A stretch of 64,000 bases of DNA from Candidatus Eiseniibacteriota bacterium (GTDB lineage: Bacteria; Eisenbacteria; RBG-16-71-46): positions 2,816,001 to 2,880,000 of the forward strand of contig OY970342.1 of assembly GCA_963717505.1 (NCBI GenBank), given 5' to 3'. Below are positions 39,696-48,413 of this stretch, piece by piece. The notes beneath the pieces were generated by a model. It had not been told where the DNA came from. It did not search any database and saw only the letters and a list, made by a program, of their open reading frames with translations. A program made the position numbers and the translations under genes. The first letter of the stretch is position 1; the number at the start of each line of letters is the position of its first letter.

Positions 39696-42044
39696 TGCCA
39701 GAGCTTGGAACCGTGGGTCGTTCCGAAGGGACGCGAGCCGCGGATCGATCGAGAGGTAGGCGAGCACCGTCGAACGCTCCTCGTAGGAGCGCTCGAGGTA
39801 GCGCAGCGCCTGGTCGCGTTCCCCGAGTCCAGCGTGCACCAACGCGAAGTAGTAGGCCGAGACGTAGCTGTGGGCTTCGGCGTCGTGAAGTGCGCGAAGG
39901 ACATCCCGCGCCTCGACCGACCGACCCGCCATTCCATAGACATGGCCGAGTGAGGACTTGCGATTCAGACTCACGCGGCTGATCGGCTCCAGGATCCTGA
40001 TGGCGTCGTCGAGGCGACCCTGTTGCTCGGCCACCAGGGCCAGCCCCCATTGGGCCAGGACGTCCGTGGAGTCGACTTCGAGGACCTCGCGCAAACCGCT
40101 GTCGGCTTGGTCATAGTGGCCTGCGAAATAGTCGAGCAGGGCGCGGTTCGCATGCAGCAGCAGCGAAAGCGGGTCCAGCTCGACGGCGTGACCGAGCTGC
40201 GCGACGGCTTCGTCGAACCGGCGGCGTGACGCGAGGAAGCGGCTGTACGAGAAGTACGCGTCCGCATAGTTGGGTCGCAGCTCGAGGGCGCGCCGGAATT
40301 CCCGTTCGGCGGCACGGTAGTCCCAATCATAGTAGGCCCGGATGTAGGCGTTGGCGGCGTGCGCCTCGGCAAGCGTCTCGTCGAGTTCGAGGGCAAGAGC
40401 CAGAGACGCGCGGGCCTTGGGCAGCACCATGGCCGGCGATACGTCCTTGGCGAACGGAAGCGAGGTGTAGTAGTTGGCCAGGCCGACATGGGGCGGCGCC
40501 CAACCCGGCGCGATCTTGCCCGCCTGCTCGAACTGCATCCGAGCGGGCTCCAGTTCGTCGTGCTCGAGGTGGAACCGACCGCGGAGGTAGGCCTCGTAGG
40601 CGCGAGGATCGACCACCCGCGTCGCGTCGAGTCGGCTCTTCTCCTCGCCCTTGAGCTTCGTTCGGGTCGACTGGGTGATTCCGAGAGTGATCTCTCGCTG
40701 CAGCTCGGGCAACTCGCCCAAACGACGCCGGTAGTCCTTCGCAAACACGGTGGCACTGTCGGGGGCGTGAAGGAGTCTCACGCTCACCCATACCGAGTCG
40801 CCCATCCTCCCGATCGAGCCACGAACCACGCCCTTGACTCCGAGCTCGCGAGCCAGCTCGGCGAGAGATCGGGTCGGACCTTGAGCGGCCGCTCCGGCCG
40901 AGCGCGAGAGCACTCTGAGCGAGGAGATCTGAGCCAGATCGGCGATCAGCCCCTCGGTCATGCCGACGCCGAGGAACGAGCCCGTGGAATCGCTCGTCAG
41001 GTCCTCGAACGGGAGCACGGCGATCGCCGTGATTCCGCCGGACACGGCGCGAGTCGGTCCCAAAGGACGCCCCGCGACGATCCACCACGCCACCGCGCTC
41101 AGAACGCCGGCGGCGAGCGCTATCGTTGCTCCACGACCCCAACGCATTGAGTGCGGGCTCGGCGTTGCAGTGGGCGTTGCGAGGTGGACCGGCGAGGTCT
41201 CCGGTAAGTCGATCGCATCGAGGAATCCCCGCATCGAGTCGAAGCGGTCGACCGGGAGTTTGGCCATGGCTCGAAGGATCGTGTTCTCCACCGTGGTGGG
41301 CACCGCGGGACGCACGATTCGCAGGCCAGGGACGGAATCGTGCGAATGACGAGCGAGAATCATGACCGGAGTCGTCCCGGAAAACGGGGGCTGTCCGATC
41401 AGCATCTCGTACAGCACGCACGCGAGACTGTACTGATCGCTTCGACCATCGACCGCAGTGCTGCCGGCCTGCTCGGGGCTCATGTATTGCGGGGTGCCGA
41501 CGTACATGCCACTGACGGTGATCTGATCGGCGCCGGCGGCATCCACCGCTCGCGCGATCCCGAAATCGGCGACGACGGCGTGGCCGCCGGTGAGCATGAT
41601 GTTGTCCGGCTTGATGTCGCGATGAATGACGCCGTGTTCGTGGGCATAGCCCAGGGCGCTGCCGACCTCACGAACGATCTGGAGCGCGGTTTCGAGTGGC
41701 AGCTGGGGCTCGCGTGCCAGACGCTCGCGGAGGGACTCGCCCTCGACGAACGGCATCACGTAGTAGAGCAAGCCGTCGGCCTGACCCGAGTCGTACAAGG
41801 GAAGAATGTGGGGATGCTGGAGGGTCGCGGCGATCGAGATCTCGCGGAGGAACCGGTCGCTACCCACGACCGCCGCGAGTTCCGGCTTGAGCACCTTGAT
41901 GGCGACCCGCCGCTGGTGCTTGAGATCCTCGGCGAGAAAGACGATGGCCATCCCGCCGTGGCCTAGCTCCCGCTCGACGCGATAGCGGTCGCCGAGTGCG
42001 GATTTGAGTCGATCGAAGAGTTCGGCCTGACCGGAGTAGGTCAT
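39675..42044 (-). CDS. Hanks-type Ser/Thr kinase with TM, TolB-N-like and TPR domains
   Basis: LGHGGMAIV, VAIKVL, HRDIKPDN, DFG and GTPQYMSPE; IAVLPF; AYEAYLRG and TPRs. Confidence 0.93.
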   Translation of the reverse strand: MTYSGQAELFDRLKSALGDRYRVERELGHGGMAIVFLAEDLKHQRRVAIKVLKPELAAVVGSDRFLREISIAATLQHPHILPLYDSGQADGLLYYVMPFVEGESLRERLAREPQLPLETALQIVREVGSALGYAHEHGVIHRDIKPDNIMLTGGHAVVADFGIARAVDAAGADQITVSGMYVGTPQYMSPEQAGSTAVDGRSDQYSLACVLYEMLIGQPPFSGTTPVMILARHSHDSVPGLRIVRPAVPTTVENTILRAMAKLPVDRFDSMRGFLDAIDLPETSPVHLATPTATPSPHSMRWGRGATIALAAGVLSAVAWWIVAGRPLGPTRAVSGGITAIAVLPFEDLTSDSTGSFLGVGMTEGLIADLAQISSLRVLSRSAGAAAQGPTRSLAELARELGVKGVVRGSIGRMGDSVWVSVRLLHAPDSATVFAKDYRRRLGELPELQREITLGITQSTRTKLKGEEKSRLDATRVVDPRAYEAYLRGRFHLEHDELEPARMQFEQAGKIAPGWAPPHVGLANYYTSLPFAKDVSPAMVLPKARASLALALELDETLAEAHAANAYIRAYYDWDYRAAEREFRRALELRPNYADAYFSYSRFLASRRRFDEAVAQLGHAVELDPLSLLLHANRALLDYFAGHYDQADSGLREVLEVDSTDVLAQWGLALVAEQQGRLDDAIRILEPISRVSLNRKSSLGHVYGMAGRSVEARDVLRALHDAEAHSYVSAYYFALVHAGLGERDQALRYLERSYEERSTVLAYLSIDPRLASLRNDPRFQALALRIGGE

Positions 42045-42131
42045 CTGGAGACCATGATCGCGTGCCTGAAGGGCTGGTCGCAACCGATCGGAAGTGGCGC
42101 GCTCCGGGCGCGCCGCGAACCCACCTCGGGG

Positions 42132-42719
42132 CTAACGCAGGGACAGAGCCGCCTCGGTGATCCACGACAGCGTCTGTCGAGCGTCGCCGTAGCCGCGCAT
42201 GCTCACGTGCTGGCCGCTGGCCGGCGAGTAGACGACCAGGGTTGGAAAGGCCTCGACGCTGTAGCGTCGCTGGAGATCCTCGACTTCGGAGGAGTTGCGT
42301 CCTTCTTCGCGCCGGCGATCGACGATCGAAACCGGGATGACCGCCGTTTGCACCGATCGCCCGAGCGTGGGGTGGTCGAACAACTCGCGCTTGAGACTCC
42401 GGCAGGGACCGCACCACTCGGCGTTGAAGTCGATGAGCACCGGTTTGCCGTTCTCGCGCGATTCGGCGACCGCGCGCTCCATGGTGGTCCACTGCGACAC
42501 GACCTCACGGGCCTTCGCGGGCTCGGGCGCAGGTGCTGGGCGCGGGGGGGCAACCTGACTCGGGGGCGGTTCGCCCGGGTGCTCGGGATTGACGATCGCT
42601 GGCTTGGGGTTGGTGGGTGCCGGGGAATCCGAAACCTCGGCCTGGCCAATGAACCATCCCGCCGCGGGTGCCGCGACGAGAAGCAACAGGAGCAGGCCGT
42701 GCCAGGCGTTGAGTCGCAT
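42132..42719 (-). CDS. Exported thioredoxin-family protein
   Basis: Signal/TM segment, Pro-rich linker, KPVLIDFNAEWCGPC and AFPTLVV. Confidence 0.88.
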   Translation of the reverse strand: MRLNAWHGLLLLLLVAAPAAGWFIGQAEVSDSPAPTNPKPAIVNPEHPGEPPPSQVAPPRPAPAPEPAKAREVVSQWTTMERAVAESRENGKPVLIDFNAEWCGPCRSLKRELFDHPTLGRSVQTAVIPVSIVDRRREEGRNSSEVEDLQRRYSVEAFPTLVVYSPASGQHVSMRGYGDARQTLSWITEAALSLR

Positions 42720-42768
42720 GGCGGGAGTATCGGCAAGGGCGGTGACCCAGGTTCACTCGGAATCCCAG

Positions 42769-44436
42769 CTACTCGAGCCGCACGAATCTCCCCGTGGCGA
42801 CCGCGATGCCGTCGACCGAGAGGCGCGCCAGGTAGACGCCAGCCGGGGCGAGCTGACTCCGATGGTCCATCGCGTCCCAACTCGCGGAACCGGCCCCTGC
42901 GCCCAGGCGATCCGCGAGCAGGCGCCGGACCAGCCGGCCCTCGATGTCGAAGATCTCGAGGACGACGCGCCCCGGTCGAGGGAGTTCGAAGCGAAGCAAT
43001 GTCGTGCGGCTGGCCGGATTCGGCAAGGCCGGGTGCAGTCGTGCCGAGGTGGGAACCACCGCACCATTGACGGCGACCACCGGCGCCTCCACCAGCACTT
43101 CCTCGGTGAAGATGCTCTCGTTGTAGTTGTCGTCGTACGCCGACACGCTCACCTGGATCGGGAGCGAATGCGCGATGGAATCGAGCACATGCTCCTGCAC
43201 CGGCCCCGGATCCAAGCCGACGTCGCGGATGTCGAAGTAGTAGACGCTGTCTGCGGCCGTATCACGAAGAGCGACGCGGTAGCCCGCGAGGTCCGGCGAG
43301 TTCAACAGGCTCGGCCAGGTGAGCCGGATCGAGGTTGGCGACCGCGCCTGCACCGTGGGGCGCGACGGCGACTCAGGGGCGAGTGCCAGGTTCGCGATCC
43401 CCGCCAGGTTCACTTTCGCGACCCGCGCGACGTAGCCGGGATCGGTGTCGGCCGCGACATCGAGCGCGTTGTGCTGGCGCCCACTGTTCGCGCTTCCCGT
43501 GTAGTACTCGTTCGCTTCGGTCAGACGGGCAGCCGCCCAGCCGCGCGCATCGAAGGCCATGTGGTCGCCGCCGCGGTTCGGGCGATCGCGCGCCGGGATC
43601 AGGTCGACCGTGAAATCCGGCACGTAGCGGGCCGCATTGAGTTTGATCGCGCGCGCGAGCTGCCGGTGGATCGAGTGCGGCGGTCCGGCCGAGAAGTGGC
43701 GGACGCGCAGGCTGTCGATGATCGTAGCGGCACCCGCGGGGCAGGCGGGGTTTGCGCAGCCGGCGACGTTGCCGACGACGTCGTTCGAGATCATGCCGTC
43801 GATGCGCATGCCCTGCGCAGCGGCCCATGCGGCGTAGGCCTTGCTGCCGACCAGCCCCTGCTCCTCGCCGGTGAAGGCCGTGAGGATCACTCCGGCGTCG
43901 AATCGAGCCCGACTCATCACCCGCGCCAGCTCGATGGTAATCGCGGTGCCGCTGCCATCGTCGTTGGCCCCCGGAGCGAACGAAGTGTCGTCGCATGTCG
44001 ACGTCGTGCGGCTGTCCATGTGCGCACCCACGACGAACCAGCGGGCCGGACTGCCGTCGCCCGGCAAAGTGGCGACCACGTTCTTGTGCCGGCCTATTCG
44101 CCCGCAGACCGTCGAATCGAACGTGAAGAAGGTCGGCTCGATCCGCCGATCCGGATCGGCGGCGAATGCGAGGAACCGGGAGTAGATCCAGTTGCGCGCG
44201 GCGCCGATGCCGTGGGTTGCCGACGAGGTATCCGAATTTGTGTGTCGGGTATGAAACGATTCGAGAGTCTCGATCGAGGTTCGCAACTCATCGGCCGAGA
44301 TCGCATCGACCATCTGCTGGACCGTCGGATTGGGCGGGAGCGCAGCAGGCGCCGACCAGGAGGTAACCGGCCTCGATAGGGACAAGGCGAGGAGCCCCGC
44401 CGCGGCGAGCGGGTGGAAGGCCGCGAGTCGGAGCAT
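42769..44436 (-). CDS. Secreted M28 aminopeptidase with FN3-like domain and FlgD-Ig/T9SS-like CTD
   Basis: GAHMDS, PGANDDGSG, GEEQGLVGS, SNDVVG and RGGDH; CTD PNPA...DIEGRLVR...APAGVY. Confidence 0.9.
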   Translation of the reverse strand: MLRLAAFHPLAAAGLLALSLSRPVTSWSAPAALPPNPTVQQMVDAISADELRTSIETLESFHTRHTNSDTSSATHGIGAARNWIYSRFLAFAADPDRRIEPTFFTFDSTVCGRIGRHKNVVATLPGDGSPARWFVVGAHMDSRTTSTCDDTSFAPGANDDGSGTAITIELARVMSRARFDAGVILTAFTGEEQGLVGSKAYAAWAAAQGMRIDGMISNDVVGNVAGCANPACPAGAATIIDSLRVRHFSAGPPHSIHRQLARAIKLNAARYVPDFTVDLIPARDRPNRGGDHMAFDARGWAAARLTEANEYYTGSANSGRQHNALDVAADTDPGYVARVAKVNLAGIANLALAPESPSRPTVQARSPTSIRLTWPSLLNSPDLAGYRVALRDTAADSVYYFDIRDVGLDPGPVQEHVLDSIAHSLPIQVSVSAYDDNYNESIFTEEVLVEAPVVAVNGAVVPTSARLHPALPNPASRTTLLRFELPRPGRVVLEIFDIEGRLVRRLLADRLGAGAGSASWDAMDHRSQLAPAGVYLARLSVDGIAVATGRFVRLE

Positions 44437-44485
44437 GCGACCGGCAGAATCAACGATCGGGCGGCGTGGAGCAAATGAAGCCGGG

Positions 44486-44785
44486 TTACTTCGCGCGGAA
44501 CCTGCGAACCATCCCGATGAGCCGCCAGGCCTCGAGTCCGCCCCAGAACCAGTGGATGATCTGACGGGGGCGGATGGCCGCAAGCGCAACCGCGGCCACG
44601 CTGAATCCGACCGCAACAATGCCCGCGCTCCGCTTCAGACTTCGGACGAACGCCAGGCCCCAATCGACGACCTCGAGCGGTTTTTGCCAGCGCCCAAACA
44701 GGGCCGCCAGCTCATCTCGCTCGCCGGCAGCGCGTTCCACGAGGCGAGCCCGACGCGCCAGATTCTCGTTTCGACCTCCGCTCAC
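44486..44785 (-). CDS. YqjK-like protein
   Basis: Short basic protein (LARRRARLVERAAGERDELA) immediately downstream of a YqjE-like gene. Confidence 0.7.
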   Translation of the reverse strand: MSGGRNENLARRARLVERAAGERDELAALFGRWQKPLEVVDWGLAFVRSLKRSAGIVAVGFSVAAVALAAIRPRQIIHWFWGGLEAWRLIGMVRRFRAK

Positions 44786-45177
44786 GGCTTGCCCGCCAGT
44801 CGATCACGATCCTTGCGTAGTTCCGCGATGGTGGTCGCAAACATCGGCGGGCGGCTCTTGAGCCACGAGCGCAGCCAGAGGAGGCCGCCGCCGGCTGCCA
44901 GGAGCAGAACGAGAGCGGCAATGCCTATTGCGGCCAACCAGTGATCCCTGCCGATCACGAGGACGGCGAAGAGCACGGCGAGGAGGGTGCCGGCCTGGAG
45001 GAAGATGAGCACGGCGAACGCGACAACCAACGCCCGCGTGATGTTGAAGCGCTCTTCCGCGACCTCGGTCGACAGAATCTCGAGCCGGGTTTGCAGCACA
45101 CGCAGCACGCTGCCGACCAGCCGGCGCAGCGAACCCGCCAGTCCCTCGTCCGGGCGAGACTCCGAGTCCTGGCTCAT
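44782..45177 (-). CDS. YqjE-like (phage holin family) membrane protein
   Basis: TRLEILSTEVAEE, two TMs and FATTIAELRKDR. Confidence 0.82.
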   Translation of the reverse strand: MSQDSESRPDEGLAGSLRRLVGSVLRVLQTRLEILSTEVAEERFNITRALVVAFAVLIFLQAGTLLAVLFAVLVIGRDHWLAAIGIAALVLLLAAGGGLLWLRSWLKSRPPMFATTIAELRKDRDRLAGKP

Positions 45178-45183
45178 CGTTCG

Positions 45184-45489
45184 CTAGCGTCTGGAAACCA
45201 GAACTCCGACCAACAACCCGGCGACCGCGGCGATGCCGACGGCGCCCCAAGGGTGCTCGTGCACATAGTCGTCGGCGGCCTTGGCCGCGTCCTTGGCGTG
45301 GCCCACCACGTCGAGGTTGGCCAGCTTTTCTTTGGCGGCGCGCAGGGTTTCCTCGGCGCGCGCACGCGCAGCACTCGCGCGCTCGCCTGCGGCGCCGGCA
45401 GTGGCCTTCAACAGTTCTTCCGCATCGTCGATGACCGCCTTGAGGTCGGTCATGAGTTGGTCGCGGGCTTCGGCTGTGGATTGAGGCAT
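45184..45489 (-). CDS. DUF883 / ElaB-YqjD family tail-anchored ribosome-binding protein
   Basis: DLKAVIDDAEELLKATA and DDYVHEHPWGAVGIAAVAGLLVGVLVSRR. Confidence 0.9.
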   Translation of the reverse strand: MPQSTAEARDQLMTDLKAVIDDAEELLKATAGAAGERASAARARAEETLRAAKEKLANLDVVGHAKDAAKAADDYVHEHPWGAVGIAAVAGLLVGVLVSRR

Positions 45490-45683
45490 GGTCGGCGCTC
45501 CTTGGGCCGGGGTCGAACTCGGGGTTGATTGGGACCGCATGATGTCGCCGAGGGCGCCCGACCGCAAGCCGCGTTCGCGAACACCTCGCGGGCGCCGAAT
45601 TGATCCTCAGAGGTCGCGACGTTTCCGGGCTGACGGCGACGCAACGTTCCGCTCGCTGACAGCGCGCTTCTGACGAACCAGGA

Positions 45684-46775
45684 CTACCGGCGTGAGAGCG
45701 TCTCGACGCTGTCCCACACCGCGAGCGCCGGCTTGGGTACCAGGTCGTCGTCGACCAGCCCGCAGGTCGCGAACAACGGCAGGATCGACCCTGGCGGCAG
45801 GGGCACGCCGGTCAGGTCGAGATCGGTGAAGGTGAGCTGGAACACGCCGATCGCGTTCGCAGCGTCGAGCATCGCCATCTGTCGCCGAATGTATCGCGCC
45901 TGTTCCACGGGCGACGACACGATGGTGTCCAGCGTCGCGGACGACCACCCGCCTTCGGTGACCATCACCGGCGTGCCACGGCCGGTCACGAGCCGCGAGT
46001 AGTAGTCGAGCGGCAGGTTCTCCGGTTCCGCCCAGCCGGCCAGGTAGGGATAGGACGACAACCCCAGAACTTGAAGAAACGGGAAGTCAATGAAGTCCTG
46101 ATCCACACCTTGGAAGGGGGCGGGCGGCAGCCGACCCCACGCCGTCTCGACCTGCACGCTGGCGAACAGCGTCACTCCCGGATTGCGGGCGCGGACGTCG
46201 GCCGCTGCGTCGTTGGCCACCTGGCGAATCGCCGCGTAGAGCGCGGGCGACGACGCCACCCGAATCAAGTTGGTCTCGGCAACCGTTCCCAGCATGTCGG
46301 GCCTCAGGATCGAATCCGAGACCACGACGTAGCGGCGGAACAGCTGCTGGATCTCCGTCTCGGTCATGCTACGCCCGGCGTTGACCAGCGCGTCCGAGTC
46401 GCTGCCGCGGTTCAGACCGTTGCTGGGATCGATCAGCAGGACGAAGAAGTGCCCCTTGGCGCGGTAGTACTGGGCGAGCCCCAGATTCTCGCGCACCACC
46501 AGCGTTTCCGGCGGGACTCCGGCGAGCAGCGAATCCCACGGCGGCTCGTGATGCATGATGGCCTGGTCGGCGCGCAACGACCACATGTCGATCGCCGCGA
46601 TGGCCTGGAGCAGGTTGGCGCGCGGCGGGATTCCGGAGAACCCCATTCGGTAGCTCCGGCTCGGGGTGGCAGGACCGTTGGGCCCGTGCGAGGATCCGGA
46701 ACACCCGAGCGTGGCAGTTGCCAGGGCAAGGGAGAGCACTAGGAGGATTTGCGAACGGTGGGCGGCGGAGCGCAT
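45684..46775 (-). CDS. Lipoprotein, putative clan GH-A glycoside hydrolase-like TIM barrel
   Basis: Lipobox TLGC; AETN (acid/base-like), LGLSSYP and VMVTEGGW (nucleophile-like). Confidence 0.6.
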   Translation of the reverse strand: MRSAAHRSQILLVLSLALATATLGCSGSSHGPNGPATPSRSYRMGFSGIPPRANLLQAIAAIDMWSLRADQAIMHHEPPWDSLLAGVPPETLVVRENLGLAQYYRAKGHFFVLLIDPSNGLNRGSDSDALVNAGRSMTETEIQQLFRRYVVVSDSILRPDMLGTVAETNLIRVASSPALYAAIRQVANDAAADVRARNPGVTLFASVQVETAWGRLPPAPFQGVDQDFIDFPFLQVLGLSSYPYLAGWAEPENLPLDYYSRLVTGRGTPVMVTEGGWSSATLDTIVSSPVEQARYIRRQMAMLDAANAIGVFQLTFTDLDLTGVPLPPGSILPLFATCGLVDDDLVPKPALAVWDSVETLSRR

Positions 46776-48404
46776 GGCGCGATTATCGACGAAACGCGGA
46801 CGCACGTTGAGCCGCGCGTCGGCAATCGCGCTCGCCGGGGGCGGGCAACCGGGCCAGTCGCCGCTGCCTTGGCGGCGGTGGCGATGCTGCCGATCGTGAG
46901 TCACGCGCGACCTTTCGCCGCGGGCAACGCCACGCCTGCCGCAACGCGTCGCGTGGTGGTTCGCGACAGCACGTCCGCCTTCGTGGCGAACGAAATCGGA
47001 CTTCGTCTGTCCAACCTGGGATCGTTCGTCTCGATGGGAGGGGACGGGAGCGGTGGGTTCGACTGGCCACGCGGGAGCGGACGCCAGGGGATCTTCACCG
47101 CGGGACTGTGGATCGCCGGCCGGGTCACCGGCGACACGCTGGTGACCGTCGCCGAGTATTCCAATGAGTACGCCGCTGGTCCGCTGAACGCTTCAGGGCT
47201 ACCTGTGGATCCGACCGAGTCAGACCCTGCCCATCACGTGTACTCGATCCGAATCTGCGACGATGCCGCCAGCAACCCGGATTGGGCGGCGTGGCCCGCG
47301 GCGCTCGGGGCGCCCGTGGACGGTTCGGGTGCGCCCCGCCTGATGGGCGATCAAACGCTCTGGTGCGTCTACAACGACGCGGTCGCCGCCCGACACGGCA
47401 ACCCGGTGGGAGGCACGGCACCACTCGGCGTCGAGGTTCGCCAGACGGCGTTCGGGTTTCATCGGGGCGGCAATCTGGAACGCTTCGTGTACCTGACGTT
47501 CGACATCCTGAACCACGGCGCCAACCTCATCGACAGCGCTTATGTCGGGCTCTGGGTCGACGTCGAGCTGGGCGGTTTCACGGACGACCTCGTGGGCTGC
47601 GACACGACGCTCGACCTCGGCTTCGTGTACAACGCAGGCGCGAACGATCTAGTCTATGGCGCGCATCCCCCCGCATTGGGGTGCGCCGTGCTGCAAGGTC
47701 CGATCGTCGCCGGCGACACGCTGCGCATGACCAGCTTCGGGCGACTCCTCAAGAACTACAACGAGCCAATGAACCCAGGAATGGCGTACCGAAGACTCGC
47801 CCGAGGCTTGCCCGACCCGCACCTGCCGCCGCCTTTCCCCTGTGATGCGCCGAGTACCCGGTACGAGGTAAGCGGAGATCCGGTGACCGCGACCGGTTGC
47901 CGCGACACCATTCCCGCGGATCGCCGCATGATGCTCGGCTGTGGGCCGTTCGCGCTGGCCCCGGGCGACAGCCAGCGGGTGGTCGCGTTGCTGGCGGTCG
48001 GCGGACTCAACGACCAAGGTGATCGGCTTTCGAATCTGACGCTGCTGCGCGCGACCGTGAGCGAAGCGCGGGATCACTACTTCGGCGGATTCGCCGCCGT
48101 GCCGCCGGCTCCCGACTGCAGTGCGACCCTGGAGTTGCTGGCGCCTCGCCCCAACCCGGCAGGGAACGTGCAACGCTTCGACTTCGTCGTGCCGGTGGGC
48201 GTGACCCAGGTCCGCGCTGCGATCCACGACCTCGCCGGCCGCAAAGTCTGGAGTCGCAGGTTCGACGGACTGGCGCCCGGGGCCCAGTTCTTCGTCTGGG
48301 ACGGGACTTCGAACGACGGCGAGTCGCTGCCGGCGGGCGTCTACTTCGTGCGACTGGAGGACGGTCGCGGCGAGAGCACGGGTCGCACGGTGCGACTGAG
48401 ATGA
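46749..48404 (+). CDS. Secreted protein of unknown function with FlgD-Ig/T9SS-like CTD (true start probably further downstream)
   Basis: GLWIAG, GDQTLWCVYND, PLGVEVRQTAF, DDLVGCDT and DRRMMLGCGPF; CTD PNPA...DLAGRKV...WDG...LPAGVY. Confidence 0.78.
   Translation: MRTVGGGAHGAIIDETRTHVEPRVGNRARRGRATGPVAAALAAVAMLPIVSHARPFAAGNATPAATRRVVVRDSTSAFVANEIGLRLSNLGSFVSMGGDGSGGFDWPRGSGRQGIFTAGLWIAGRVTGDTLVTVAEYSNEYAAGPLNASGLPVDPTESDPAHHVYSIRICDDAASNPDWAAWPAALGAPVDGSGAPRLMGDQTLWCVYNDAVAARHGNPVGGTAPLGVEVRQTAFGFHRGGNLERFVYLTFDILNHGANLIDSAYVGLWVDVELGGFTDDLVGCDTTLDLGFVYNAGANDLVYGAHPPALGCAVLQGPIVAGDTLRMTSFGRLLKNYNEPMNPGMAYRRLARGLPDPHLPPPFPCDAPSTRYEVSGDPVTATGCRDTIPADRRMMLGCGPFALAPGDSQRVVALLAVGGLNDQGDRLSNLTLLRATVSEARDHYFGGFAAVPPAPDCSATLELLAPRPNPAGNVQRFDFVVPVGVTQVRAAIHDLAGRKVWSRRFDGLAPGAQFFVWDGTSNDGESLPAGVYFVRLEDGRGESTGRTVRLR
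46783..46810 (-). promoter_or_regulatory. Sigma28-like promoter, probably leaderless transcript
   Basis: Minus strand TCAA-N16-GTCGATAA, ending 7 nt before ATG 46775. Confidence 0.5.
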
Positions 48405-48413
48405 GGCGGGCAC

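Noticed and set aside
44782-45177. 'Phage holin' as evidence of a prophage
   Set aside because: The context is the cellular yqjD-yqjE-yqjK module, with no phage genes nearby.
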